A stretch of DNA of 63,807 bases, the filler included, from Guillardia theta CCMP2712 (lineage: Eukaryota; Protista; Cryptophyta): the NCBI RefSeq assembly GCF_000315625.1. It is 5 parts of 5 records of this genome, joined end to end, with 100 filler letters (N's around TTAATTAATTAA, not from the genome) between each part and the next. Parts side by side here need not be neighbours in the genome. Positions count along the whole stretch, not along the records: positions 1 to 21,572 come from NW_005434623.1; 4 more parts are not named here. One strand, given 5' to 3'. The notes under the pieces are model-generated. The model did no database searches. It had not been told where the DNA came from and saw only the letters and a list, made by a program, of their open reading frames with translations. Shown piece by piece: positions 1 to 11,064 of this stretch. A program made the translations under genes and the position numbers. Every line of letters starts with the position of its first letter. Within the stretch, counting starts at the first letter, position 1.

Positions 1-96
1 TTCCCTCTGTCCTCCTCTCCTTCCTTACTCTCCCTCTCCTCCTCCTCTGCCTCCCCGTTATCCTTGCCCCACTCATCTGCTCTGCTTGTCTTTCAG

Positions 97-408
97 TCGT
101 TGGCCCAGCAACTCTCAAGCTCGAAGCTGATCAAGCAGGGGTACACACACAAATCAGAACCCTCCCTCCTCCTCCTCCTCCTCCTCCCCTAATCACTTCA
201 ACCTTGTCATTAAGAATCACCGCACTTCCTCTTCCTCCACTTCCTCTTCCTCCTCATCTTTCTCGTCCTCCTCCTCATCTCCCCGAGCCACTCGTTCTCT
301 CGTCTTGTTCACTGTTCTCTCCCTCTCCCTTTCTTACTTGCCTTCCAGGGAGCGCACCTCCTCTACGTCGAGATGGCGGGAACAGGACAAGACTCGCGCT
401 ACGCGTAA
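97..408 (+). CDS. 3' end (last two exons) of an unidentified gene entering from the left
   Basis: ttcag|TCGTTGGCC...CAGGG|gtacac, then a pyrimidine-rich intron, then ccag|GGAGCGCAC...GCGTAA; reads SLAQQLSSSKLIKQG-AHLLYVEMAGTGQDSRYA*. Confidence 0.4.
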
Positions 409-1158
409 ACGAACGACAAGACTTGAAACGAGGAGGAGAAGATCTTGACAAGATGATGAAATCTTGTTGAGACCTCGCTGAGTGATCAGAGTTGTCACAC
501 GTTTTCATTGCGATCAGCATACAATAAAATCGTTATCAGATTGATCCGTTTTCTTCCTGCTTTCATCCCTCCCTTTCCTCCCCTTCCTCCCTCCTCTCCC
601 TCTCTTCTCCCACACCACTTCCCTCCTCCCCCTCCCCTTCCTCCCCTCCCCTCCCTCCCCTCCCTCCCCTCCCTCCCCTCGTGTTCCTCCTCTCTCTATG
701 CCAATCTACATCAATGGCCTTTCAACATTCAACAGGGATTGGACGGAAGTTCGGAGAACTTGCCTTTCATTATTTTGAAAACACATTTTGCTGGAGACAG
801 AGAAACCACTTTGGGTTCTTTTTTCTCTCAGAGCCAGACTTGAAAAATAGGACATCTCACTTCAGATAATCGGGGATGTGATTTCTTGGGGANNNNNNNN
901 NNNNNNNNNNNNNNNNNNNNNNNNNNNNNNNNNNNNNNNNNNNNNNNNNNNNNNNNNNNNNNNNNNNNNNNNNNNNNNNNNNNNNNNNNNNNNNNNNNNN
1001 NNNNNNNNNNNNNNNNNNNNNNNNNNNNNNNNNNNNNNNNNNNNNNNNNNNNNNNNNNNNNNNNNNNNNNNNNNNNNNNNNNNNNNNNNNNNNNNNNNNN
1101 NNNNNNNNNNNNNNNNNNNNNNNNNNNNNNNNNNNNNNNNNNNNNNNNNNNNNNNNNN

Positions 1159-1231
1159 GAGGAGAGGAGAGGAGAGGAGAGGAGAGGAGAGGAGAGGAGA
1201 GGAGAGGAGAGGAGAGGAGAGGAGAGGAGAG
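1159..1231 (+). repeat. (GAGGA)n microsatellite at a gap edge
   Basis: Directly visible pentanucleotide run. Confidence 0.95.
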
Positions 1232-1322
1232 GTGACAACAGAAGGAAGATAGAGGGAAATAGAAGAAAGAAATCAAAGAGGAGAAAACAAACGAAAGCAC
1301 AGGAGGGGATGAAAACAAATGC

Positions 1323-2185
1323 TCACCATGGCCATGTCATCGGGAACGCTCGTGTTGTTATACACGTCAACACGAAGTGGATGAAAGATATAGTAACAGA
1401 GTAATCCCAAGCATGCTTGGTGCTCCTGACGATGAAATAGATGAACGCTGCCACACATACATCAGCACAAACATACTCCTCGCTGCCTAATCCATTCTTG
1501 CTTCCCATCTCCTCTGTTTCCCTCTCTCACACCTCCCATACGCAATCCTCCTACATCGGCTTTTCGGCACCGTCATAACCTGTGTCTTCTCCTCTTCATC
1601 ATCCTACTACTATTCCTCCTCCCCCATCCTCCTCGTCCTCAACCTCATTATGCCCTTCCCAGTTCCAATCCTCCTCATCCTCCTGTTCGTCCTACTCTTC
1701 CCACCTCCCCCACCTCCTCCTACTCCTCTACGACCACCAGCATCGCGTTTCTTGGCATATCACCAAAGCTCTCCTCTCCTCACCTATCAGAAATCCCTGC
1801 GAGATCGCCATAGTCAACCACGCCGTCAGCGCAATGTTCCCCTGCCCGAACCCAAAGTCGAAGTGCCAGAACGGAAGGAGGCCGGCGCTGTACTTGTCGC
1901 TGACCGACATGTCAGCATGATTGCTGCATGATGTCAATCACCTCTACGGCATTAGACGACAAACGCGCACCTATGATTCCTATAGGACGAATACTTCCAG
2001 AGGCCTCCACTCAGGCTCGCCGCCATGATCATGCAGAAGATGTATTGTACAGAATAGAACAGCTGAAGATATCGACAAGTCATTGGATGTCAAAGGATAT
2101 CATACACAACTCAAGGACATACCAAGATGATGATGGCAAGGTTGCGCAGAATTGTCCTCGTCTCTCCGTCGGTCTTGGTAGTCAT
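1323..2185 (-). CDS. SYS1/TMEM244-family small multipass membrane protein (multi-exon; 3' end runs toward the gap)
   Basis: Spliced reading MTTKTDGETRTILRNLAIIIL / LFYSVQYIFCMIMAASLSGGLW / ...LLPFWHFDF...LTAWLTMAISQGFLI / VAAFIYFIVRSTKHAWDYSVTISFIHFVLTCITTRAFPMTWPW. The WDY-x-x-T...H...FP..W.W pattern matches the SYS1/TMEM244 family. Confidence 0.7.
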
Positions 2186-2574
2186 CTTGATTGACTCCAG
2201 CTATGTTCCTGTCTCAGCCACTTTCTGGAGGAAGAAGATGATACAGCTAGCGCAAACTGAGCTGAGCAGCTGTCCAGCAGAGGTCTTTATGCTCCTGAGA
2301 TGGGGTAGCGGGCAGAAATAGGACTCTGCTGCGGTACAAGCTGATTTGCAGCAAGACGACTTTGTATGACAAGGAATTCAGGGAGAGTTCAAACAAGGCT
2401 ATGTGTGCGGGATAAGAGAGACGTGCTCTCTAGCAACGATCTCTCAATCACTCGTGCTGTTGTCTCCTTTCCTCTCTCCTCTTCTCTCCTACCGGCGTTG
2501 AAATTTCAATATCTTAGCGATTCCCGCCATGCCCTTCGGTTGGACCGTTGCAAAACGTTACAGTAGACCCCAGT

Positions 2575-2970
2575 AACACGGCTGCGCAGTCTGCAGTGCG
2601 CCCGGCCCGGCCCGGACTCCGGGAGCCCGGCCCGGCCTGGAGCCTGGGGCCCGCCCGGCCCCGCCGGCGGAGTCAGGGCCGCGCAGTGGCCCGGCCGCCA
2701 AGCCCGCGACCGTGGAACCGGCACTGTGACGAGTCTGATCGGGCAGTGCGGCAGTGGTGTCATGTCACCCGGACCCTACCACCCCGGGCCCCCCGAGCCC
2801 GACCCGGTGACCGGCCGGGCAGTGTTTAAAACTGACGCCGGACTGGGCCCCTCAGTCGCCGGGACTTCTCCGGTCAACGGGCCCGCCCGGGGTCGTCCTC
2901 AGTGACCTCCTGACCGTCCGAACAGAGCATAACTGGCCGGGCTCCGAGGCTCGCTCGGATCCGGGCCTGA
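2575..2970. promoter_or_regulatory. GC-rich CCGG/GGCC/GTSAC/GASTC motif island (1 of 8)
   Basis: Dense ccgg, ggcc, cagtg, gtgac and gagtc words with no credible ORF; lies upstream of the SYS1-like gene. Regulatory role is inferred. Confidence 0.45.
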
Positions 2971-3424
2971 GGATACACTACTCCAGTTTGAATCTGCTGG
3001 CAAGGCCCCCTCTGGAGGTCTTTGCTGCAGGAACAGTGTGGCTTACTAGTCGAAGATGTTTTGTGGAGTCACTGGTTCAACCCGTTGGAAGCCGCCTGCT
3101 GCAATGCAAGGACCGGGTTCTCTTCACTACGAGAGAGGAAGGTTTCCTCTCCGGCAAGTGCTGAAGGGATGTTCAATGCCAAGTTTTAAGGAGGGGAGCT
3201 TGTCAACTTCCAATGTGAGGACACAATGATAATCCTAGTCAGAATTAGGTGATCATCCCCCCATTTCGTCTATGTGCCACGTCATGTTGGGGCCACACAA
3301 GTGCGTGTTGGCTTGTTGTGTTTGTTTTGATTGTTGTGTAGATAGATAGATAACCTCCTGTAACATTGCTCTCCTCTTAGTAGAGAGATTCTCACACAGG
3401 TTCTTGTTGAGCTACGCTGAAGGT

Positions 3425-4227
3425 TCATCCTGTAAAGCCTCGGGGTGTGACAGATTCGCACTGCACATGCTCTAGCGCCTCCTCCAGCCACTCCCGCGTA
3501 GACAAGCTCCTGCTCCCTGCCCATGCCCCTCTCCCCCTCTCCTCCTCCCAGCCCCCCTGCCCCGCTCAGTGCACCAGCGACGCGGTTGAGAACTACCTCT
3601 CCTCCAGGTTGGCTGCTCTCATTCCCGGGAAGGGCTCTTTGAATGAGCGATGCATTGCCTTGAAAGGCGGTATGGTCAAGGTGTACAAGGGAAACAAACC
3701 CGGTGTTGAAATGCTGTGGAATCAGACTACCGCTCCGAACTTTGCGGTGACGTTCTGGTGGAAGCCGGACTTGCCCACTTCCTACGAGAAGAAAACAAGA
3801 AAGAGTCTTCTGTACAAAGGGCCCAAGATTGAACAGAACTCAAAGTTGCCTTCTAACGTGCCGCTGCACATCGAAGTGGAGCCTCAAGGAAATGATGTTT
3901 CCCTCATTGTCACTGTCGCTGGATACGAGAGCAAAGTGCCAGCAGAAAAGTGCTCCATGCTCACAAAGCAAGAATTTACTTTTGTTGCTGTCACGAAGCG
4001 AGACAGCTCAATCACAGTCTGGTTGGGAGTGGACGGGAAAGAAAACTGCCAAACGATCTGCCCAGACNNNNNNNNNNNNNNNNNNNNNNNNNNNNNNNNN
4101 NNNNNNNNNNNNNNNNNNNNNNNNNNNNNNNNNNNNNNNNNNNNNNNNNNNNNNNNNNNNNNNNNNNGCTGCGGCGGGAGGAGGAGCTTGAGGAGGGGGG
4201 GGCGTCGGTACGATCATGAGCGCACAT
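3425..4227 (-). pseudogene. RWP-RK copy A, broken: 5' part 4168-4227 and 3' part 3425-3563, separated by a gap and unrelated LamG sequence
   Basis: 3455-3546 is identical to 7361-7451 and 4168-4237 matches 7871-7939; ATG at 4227. Confidence 0.65.
3566..4067 (+). CDS. Concanavalin A-like/LamG (Laminin_G_3) domain coding fragment, open at the gap
   Basis: ORF 3447-4235 contains NFAVTFWWKP...LLYKG...FTFVAVTKRDSSITVWLG, the typical LamG jelly-roll strand pattern. Confidence 0.6.
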
Positions 4228-4899
4228 TGTCTTGAAACAGCTTCCGGTGATTTCTAGTAATTCTGGCATAACTCTTGTGTTTGACGCTAAGATGCTTTGA
4301 TTTCTTGAGATCGTGAATGCATGCGGTGGTGGAGAAGAGGAGGGAGCTTGATTCAAGGAGCGCAAAGGAGTGGTTCGGCTGCTACAGGAACACCAGGTGT
4401 TCCCTTCAGGCTATATCTCAATTATTGTTGGAGAACGGCTCAAAGGGTGGGTGGTTACCCTAATGAGAAGGGGTTATCCGGACGAATCTAGCCATAGGCG
4501 CATGGGTAGGGTGGGTGGTCTCCGTGACCTGGCATGAAGCGCATGCAGTACAACAACCGGATATGCGCTAGCCTGCGGCCGCCTGTTATAACCAAACTTT
4601 TCAGTCAAATGCGGTGTGGTACAGCAGAGAGTCACATCTCACACACCGGGCAATCCGAGATACTGTAGTAAACTAGATTTGACGGTCAGCCGCTTCCCCT
4701 CTCACCCCCCAGATTGACCCTCAAAGTACCCCTGGTTGCCTCCAACCCCTACACTACGCAGGCTACGCCCTTTGACTCGAGCACAGTACCCCTCATGTCT
4801 CATTGCAAGAACCGAACGGGGGACCCCTCCACCCCCTCCCCACCCCTACCCCCACCCTCATTCCTCGATCGCACACACGGGATCGACTGCAGCAAAACC

Positions 4900-5457
4900 A
4901 TGTGCGCTCATGATCGTACCGACGCCCCCCCCTCCTCAAGCTCCTCCTCCCGCCGCAGCAACAAAACCTCCAACCTCACGCTCCCCTACATCCAGAGCCT
5001 CTTCGTCATGCGTCAGAAGGAAGCCGCCGCTCTGCTGGTACGTCCTCTCTCCTCCCCCTTGCCAAGCTTGCTTTGTGCGTGCTGTCGCTGTAGACGCCTG
5101 GTATGCCTGCGAGGACTGACCGGGGTGGCTTGGCAGGGCTTCTCCAACACGACGATGAAGCACGTGTGTCGGAGGCTGGGGATCAGCAAGTGGCCCTACT
5201 CCCGAGTCCGGCCGAGAGCCTCGACCATCGTCGCCGCCAGCGACGATGAGCGTGCGAGACAAGGGGTCGACGACGAGAGCGAGGGAGGAGGCGGGGGAGG
5301 CAGCGATGAGGGCGGGGAGGAGGATACGGGAGGGCTTGAGGGGCAGGGGGGCTTGAAGGAGGAGAGGGGGAGAGGGGCATGGGCAGGGAGCAGGAGCTTG
5401 TCTACGCGGGAGTGGCTGGAGGAGGCGCTAGAGCATGTGCAGTGCGAAGCATGCTAA
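4900..5457 (+). CDS. RWP-RK domain transcription factor, copy B (exons 4900-5037 and 5137-5457)
   Basis: LTLPYIQSLFVMRQKEAAALL|GFSNTTMKHVCRRLGISKWPYSRV is an RWP-RK helix-turn-helix signature; 99-nt gtacgt...ggcag intron. Confidence 0.85.
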   Translation: MCAHDRTDAPPSSSSSSRRSNKTSNLTLPYIQSLFVMRQKEAAALLVRPLSSPLPSLLCACCRCRRLVCLRGLTGVAWQGFSNTTMKHVCRRLGISKWPYSRVRPRASTIVAASDDERARQGVDDESEGGGGGGSDEGGEEDTGGLEGQGGLKEERGRGAWAGSRSLSTREWLEEALEHVQCEAC

Positions 5458-6645
5458 ATCAACGCGAGAAGGAATGTGTTTGAAATGCTAGGATGGAATT
5501 ACTTGTAGTCCAGAGGCGGATACTTCAATCCTTCGGATGAAAGATTGCGTCGGCCATGCGAATTCACGCGGCAATTGTAGACAGTCACATGGAGGAGGCA
5601 TTATGGGAGTGTGTTGGGTCCTTTGCCTGTTGGAGGGAGCCTGCTGTAAGAAGTATTCGAGCGAGATCGCAAGCAACACGATGCGGGGAAGTAATTCCGT
5701 CAAATAGCGGGGAAGTGATTTCATCAATTAGTCAGAATATGTCAGGGCCTGGGCCTTGCACTTTGCTGGATACCGGCTCACGAAGTCAGGCTTCCTGGTG
5801 CACTCAAGTTCGTTAATCAGTGCTTCCCGACCGTCTCCCGAGGCATTTGAGATCAGAATCGATCCTGGAGTGTTTTGAACTGTTGAATTGTACAAGTAAG
5901 ATTTTGGAATGAATAAGAATGATCGGGATCGATGCTTTCGTGAACTGAATTCCAACTTGCCAGTATGTGTGAAGAGAAGCGAAGGCAGGGACAAGAAGGA
6001 CTTGTGACATGGCGTCATTTGAGTCCGACAAAATCTCCTGTGGCGGAGCGGCAGAGATCAACCTTTCAAGGCAGTGTTGCAGTTTCGAGGTTGCAATGAA
6101 AGTATCACTGTACACAGCATCCTTGAAAAGTGAGCAATGATAGTCGCCTCTTTCAATGCAATACGGACGGTACGTCACAGATGTTCGCTTGACCATGGCA
6201 TGCTCTTATTCCCAAGAATCACATGCACTTATATTCTGAAGTGAGATGTCTATTTTCCAGTCTGACTCTGAGAGAAAAAGAAACCAAAAATCGTTTCCTC
6301 TGTCTCCAGCAAATGTGTTTCAAATAATGAAAGACAACTTCCTCTGACTTCCGTCCAATCCCTGTTGTGAACTCTCAAAACCTGTGCAAGTCCTAGCCGA
6401 CAGCACTAGTCTGTCGTGCTCGCTGTGTTCTAGTAAACGCAGTGATTGCTCTTGTGCTCTCGCTCATTCCGGAAGGTTATGTGTAAAACCTCTGGCAGTT
6501 CCAATTCTCGAAAAGTATTTATCGAAACAAATCGACATGTTCGGGAAGCAAGGATTTCCGCCTCAGTGCAGGAAGTCGTGACGGTCGCGCTCAAACTCGG
6601 CAAACAACGTATGAACGCCAAGAAACATTGAGCCGACAATTCATC

Positions 6646-7138
6646 AAGATGAATTCATCCAGACAGAGATATAGGACATAGTGGTAGAGGTGGGAGAATG
6701 AAGATGAATTCATCCAGACAGAGCGATTGGACATAGTGGTAGAGGTGGGAGAATGAAGATGAATTCATCCAGACAGTGCGATTGGACATAGTGGTAGAGG
6801 TGGGAGAATGAAGATGAATTCATCCAGACAGTGCGATTGGACATAGTGGTAGAGGTGGGAGAATGAAGATGAATTCATCCAGACAGAGCGATTGGACATA
6901 GTGGTAGAGGTGGGAGAATGAAGATGAATTCATCCAGACAGAGCGATTGGACATAGTGGTAGAGGTGGGAGAATGAAGATGAATTCATCCAGACAGAGCG
7001 ATTGGACATAGTGGTAGAGGTGGGAGAATGAAGATGAATTCATCCAGACAGAGCGATTGGACATAGTGGTAGAGGTGGGAGAATGAAGATGAATTCATCC
7101 AGACAGAGCGATTGGACATAGTGGTAGAGGTGGGAGAA
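6646..7138. repeat. 55-bp minisatellite, about 9 copies
   Basis: Unit aagatgaattcatccagacagagcgattggacatagtggtagaggtgggagaatg starting at 6646, 6701, 6756 ... 7086. Confidence 0.97.
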
Positions 7139-7156
7139 GGACAAAAGGTTTCTTCC

Positions 7157-7930
7157 TCAGGTGCTGCTCTTTCTCATTCCCGAATGTTGCGTGTACAGCA
7201 AAACCTCCTCCTTCCAGCGGTCCATACAGGGAGAACCCAACATACTTGCTCTACCGCTTCCGTTGGACCCTCTAAGCGCAGCATCCACATGTTCAGTCAG
7301 TCTCAAAACCTTCCTTCTGTCACGGCCTCTGTGCCTCAAATGTGATTTCTCCGAGCAGCATTCGCACTGCACATGCTCTAGCGCCTCCTCCAGCCACTCC
7401 CGCGTAGACAAGCTCCTGCTCCCTGCCCATGCCCCTCTCCCCCTCTCCTCCTTCAAGCCCCCCTGCCCCTCAAGCCCTCCCGTATCCTCCTCTCCGCCTT
7501 CATCGCTGCCTCCCCCGCCTCCTCCCTCGCTCTCGTCGTCGACCCCTTGTCTCGCACGCTCCTCGCTCGGCTCTCGGGGGGGGTCAAGGCCTTCGGCGAC
7601 GATGGTCGAGGCTCTCGGCCGGACTCGGGAGTAGGGCCACTTGCTGATCCCCAGCCTCCGACACACGTGCTTCATCGTCGTGTTGGAGAAGCCCTGCCAA
7701 GCCACCCCGGTCAGTCCTCGCAGGCATACCAGGCGTCTACAGCGACAGCACGCACAAAGCAAGCTTGGCAAGGGGGAGGAGAGAGGACGTACCAGCAGAG
7801 CGGCGGCTTCCTTCTGACGCATGACGAAGAGGCTCTGGATGTAGGGGAGCGTGAGGTTGGAGGTTTTGTTGCTGCGGCGGGAGGAGGAGCTTGAGGAGGG
7901 GGGGGCGTCGGTACGATCATGAGCGCACAT
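7157..7930 (-). CDS. RWP-RK domain transcription factor, copy C
   Basis: Near-identical inverted copy of 4900-5448 including the intron, with a small insertion (EGLDPPREPSEE) and a different C-terminal tail; stop position uncertain. Confidence 0.8.
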   Translation of the reverse strand: MCAHDRTDAPPSSSSSSRRSNKTSNLTLPYIQSLFVMRQKEAAALLVRPLSSPLPSLLCACCRCRRLVCLRGLTGVAWQGFSNTTMKHVCRRLGISKWPYSRVRPRASTIVAEGLDPPREPSEERARQGVDDESEGGGGGGSDEGGEEDTGGLEGQGGLKEERGRGAWAGSRSLSTREWLEEALEHVQCECCSEKSHLRHRGRDRRKVLRLTEHVDAALRGSNGSGRASMLGSPCMDRWKEEVLLYTQHSGMRKSST

Positions 7931-8309
7931 TGTCTTGAAGCAAGCGTTAGGGATTGACGCTTCGAAGCGCAAAGTGGAGGAAAGTTTGAAGAAACTTGGG
8001 CGATGGCAACGGGGCTCGAAGGGTAGGTTGTGAGGGTCTCATAGGAGGGGGTTTCCCTTGCCTCAGTAGTAAACTATACCCGTATGGGACATGAGGGGTG
8101 CAGAATCAAAGGACGTAGTCCGTAGGTAGCACCACAATAGGGATAGTACCGGGTACTTCATGGTGAGCAACAGGACTCGGCAGGGGGTGGGGTTGTGGGG
8201 ATGGTAGTCGACCTCTCCGACTTTACCCCTATGCCAATAAAAGCCCTACAACCCCTCGGGAGTCGATGAGTCGGACCTTGCAAGCACACGTGCGGTCAAC
8301 TTGACTCCT

Positions 8310-8940
8310 CAGTGACTCCAAGTGCGGGCCGACCGTTCACGGTTCCGATTTCGAACGGCCGCGCCCGGCCGTTCACTCCGGGCCCGGCCCCCGGGCCCGC
8401 CGGCCCCGGGCCCGGCGAGCGCTGACTCAGCCGTGCGGCGCCGCCGGCCCCGGTGTCAGGGCCTGTGTGCCACCCGGCGGTGACTTGACTCCCACTGCCA
8501 GTGCCTCTTGCGCTTTCTGTGGTGGCTGGCCGCGGGCGGATCGCTCGGCCGGCGAACAAGGCCATAGCGTTGTCGGGTCAAGGAACTTGCTGACAATTGG
8601 GATTTGTACCAGATCCAGGCGTTTTTCAGTACAAAATTGTGTGTGAGTAAAAAATCGAAGGATTGGAAGGTTTGCCAGGCCCTGGAAACCGGCGGCAGCC
8701 GCTGGATGGTGACCGGGTCTCTCGCCGGCCTCGAACTTCCGAAGTTCCGGAATTCGGAAAGTGATAAGTTCGCCGCCGACGCCGCTCACTGCCGCGCCTG
8801 TCACGTCGGATCCGACTTGCAAACGCATCCGGCCGCGCGCCCCGGGATCTCAGTTCGTCACTGAGTCACTCAGTGCGGCGGCTCAAGGCCTCCGACGACG
8901 AGTCGGTCTGTCGGGGGCCTACGGCGGCGCTGCCGCATCA
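8310..8940. promoter_or_regulatory. GC-rich palindromic-motif island (2)
   Basis: ccgg/ggcc/tgactca/cagtg-dense, with a cgaacttccgaagttccggaattcggaa block; upstream of RWP-RK copy C. Confidence 0.45.
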
Positions 8941-9987
8941 TCCATAGCGTTGCCGTTCCGTATCCTTGTCGGATCAGTTAACCAGGGTGGTTCTCATAGT
9001 AGTTTTAGTCAAATTCAAGCGGCAAGAGAAAATTGACCTAAAAATGTTGGCTCCGTCAATTTATGTACCTTTTTCGTTGCCAGGGCTGCCGGGCCATCCA
9101 AGACGAGAAGGGCAATGTTGAGCAAAACCTTCCTCTATTTGATATGAATAGGCGTGTATAGTTGACTAAATAATCATGAGGAGGCTCGGGGTAGGTATTC
9201 AAATGATTTGAATCTTTCCGCCTCCAGCCCGTGTTGAGGGGTAGGGGGTAGTGCAAACTTCTCGTATCAATCTAAAACACTTGTAAACGACCTCACACTT
9301 GCCCCGTCTCTTCCCTATCCCACTACTCCCAATGTACTCAGGGACTGTTTGCTCAGCTGCTGAGCGCAGTCAAGGACCATGGCCCCTCAATGCTAACTCC
9401 TGAAACTGCCAGGCAAGTACTGAGATCAAACAGCTCAATTCTTGGCTGAGAATCACACCTATAGTAGGTTGAATGTGTAAGGTATGCATCTCATCGAAAT
9501 TTGCACTTGCGTACCAAAGCACTCATCAGCTATAGGTGATGGTTGTTCACTTCCAGAAGAAGGGAAACATGAAGGGAACCGATCAGAGAAGCAACCTTCG
9601 AAGACATGAAGGAAATTCGATTCTCCTTGTTGTGTTGACGCCCTAGGTTCCTTTACCTGAATGCTTCGTCGGTTGAATAAGAAACATATTTCAAGAGACT
9701 TCCTGTTGCTTTGCCATGATTGCGTTTTTTGAGGCTTCTCCCAACCTATTGTAATATGGCGGTGTCATTTGTGAGGAGGTGAGGAGTTTGAGAGGCTGGG
9801 GGAAGGAGAGGGGAGGGGTTGGAAGGGAAATGGACGCCTGGGAGGCCAGGCTAGTTGATATGCCTGATCGCTGCGAGAGGAGATGCCGGAGGAGAGACCG
9901 TGTTTACTCAAGACCACTAGCGAGGAAGGCAGGAGGGCGAGGAGGACATGAGAGGAGAGGAAGGAGAAAGCTACGGGTAGAGACGGT

Positions 9988-10895
9988 TTACTTGACAGCA
10001 CTAATGAGGAAGGGATGCTTCAGAGCCTCCAGTGCTGTAATCCTCGTGCGGGGATCGATGTTGAGGCAGCAGTTGAGGAAGTCCCAGATCGCATGTTTCT
10101 CATCCACCTCCAGCCAGTCCTTGCATCCCGCATGCGCGCCCAGGGAGCTTGACAAGGTCCGCCATGTTTGCTTGAAACCGCGGGCATAGCTGAGATGCAG
10201 TTCCAATGGTGGAATCTGAATGACATCAAGTTAGCAACCTCAGGCCTCCCGCCACCATATCACCCTCATCCTCATCCTCTTGATACAACAACGCCGACGA
10301 CAACAATTTTACCTTAACGTCGAGGAGCTTCCACACAGCATCAATGCTCTTGATGTACATGCGCAAGCTGCTCAGACAGTCAGACAAGCGCACTTCCAAG
10401 GTACACAAAGAGCGTACCCGTAGATCTCCATCGTTGCCGTGACTATGTCGTTATACTGGAACCATTGGAACTGTGTCGTGCGGCACAGCAGGGTAAGCAG
10501 TACTACCCCAGCAGCCCACACGTCCACTGCTGTGGTCTGGCACTGCATGCCCATGAGCACTTCGGGCGCTCGGTATCCCCGAGTTCCCGCGCGTTTGACT
10601 GGACGTTCGAATTTGACCCCTGAGTTCCTCACTGTCACCGATGCGTTCGTCTTGCTGACGCCCAACATGATCCGCCTCTTCGCCATCTGCTGCGCCATCT
10701 CTAGCTTCTCCTGCTCCTTTTGATTCCGCGAGGAGCGAGAGCTGGCCGTAGAAACCTCACAGGGCAAGATGTTGCCGATGCTGCGGCCTGATGACTGCAT
10801 TTGTTTCTCTGCCAGCCCAAAGTCCACAAGCAAGTACTTCTTATTCCTTCTGTCGTAGAGGAAGTTATTCAATTTCACGTCTCGATGTATAATAA
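9988..10895 (-). pseudogene. CDC7: CDC7-like Ser/Thr kinase, C-lobe only (N-lobe not found)
   Basis: IIHRDVKLNNFLYD...LVDFGLAE, long kinase insert, RAGTRGYRAPEVL...QTTAVDVWAAGVVLL, ...CLNIDPRTRITALEALKHPF. No G-loop or VAIK is found between 10895 and the GC island at 11065. Confidence 0.7.
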
Positions 10896-11064
10896 ATGTA
10901 TAATGTATAAGACAGTTCTTGCTCAAGACCGAGTTTAACTAAGTAATGCACACTGTGACACGAAACCACTGAGAATTGAGGCAGCACTGCACATGAGAGA
11001 CTCCCGACTGTATCAGCGGCTAGAATATGAAACTCAAGCATCATTGCAACGCCGCCGCTGTTCA

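Noticed and set aside
5460-6640. Short ORFs between RWP-RK copies B and C as a possible transposase or invertase
   Set aside because: No DDE, tyrosine/serine recombinase or HUH motifs are recognisable.
6646-7138. Possible CRISPR array (also considered for 11724-12705 and 42471-42721)
   Set aside because: Units are head-to-tail with no unique spacers, no cas genes are present, and the context is eukaryotic.
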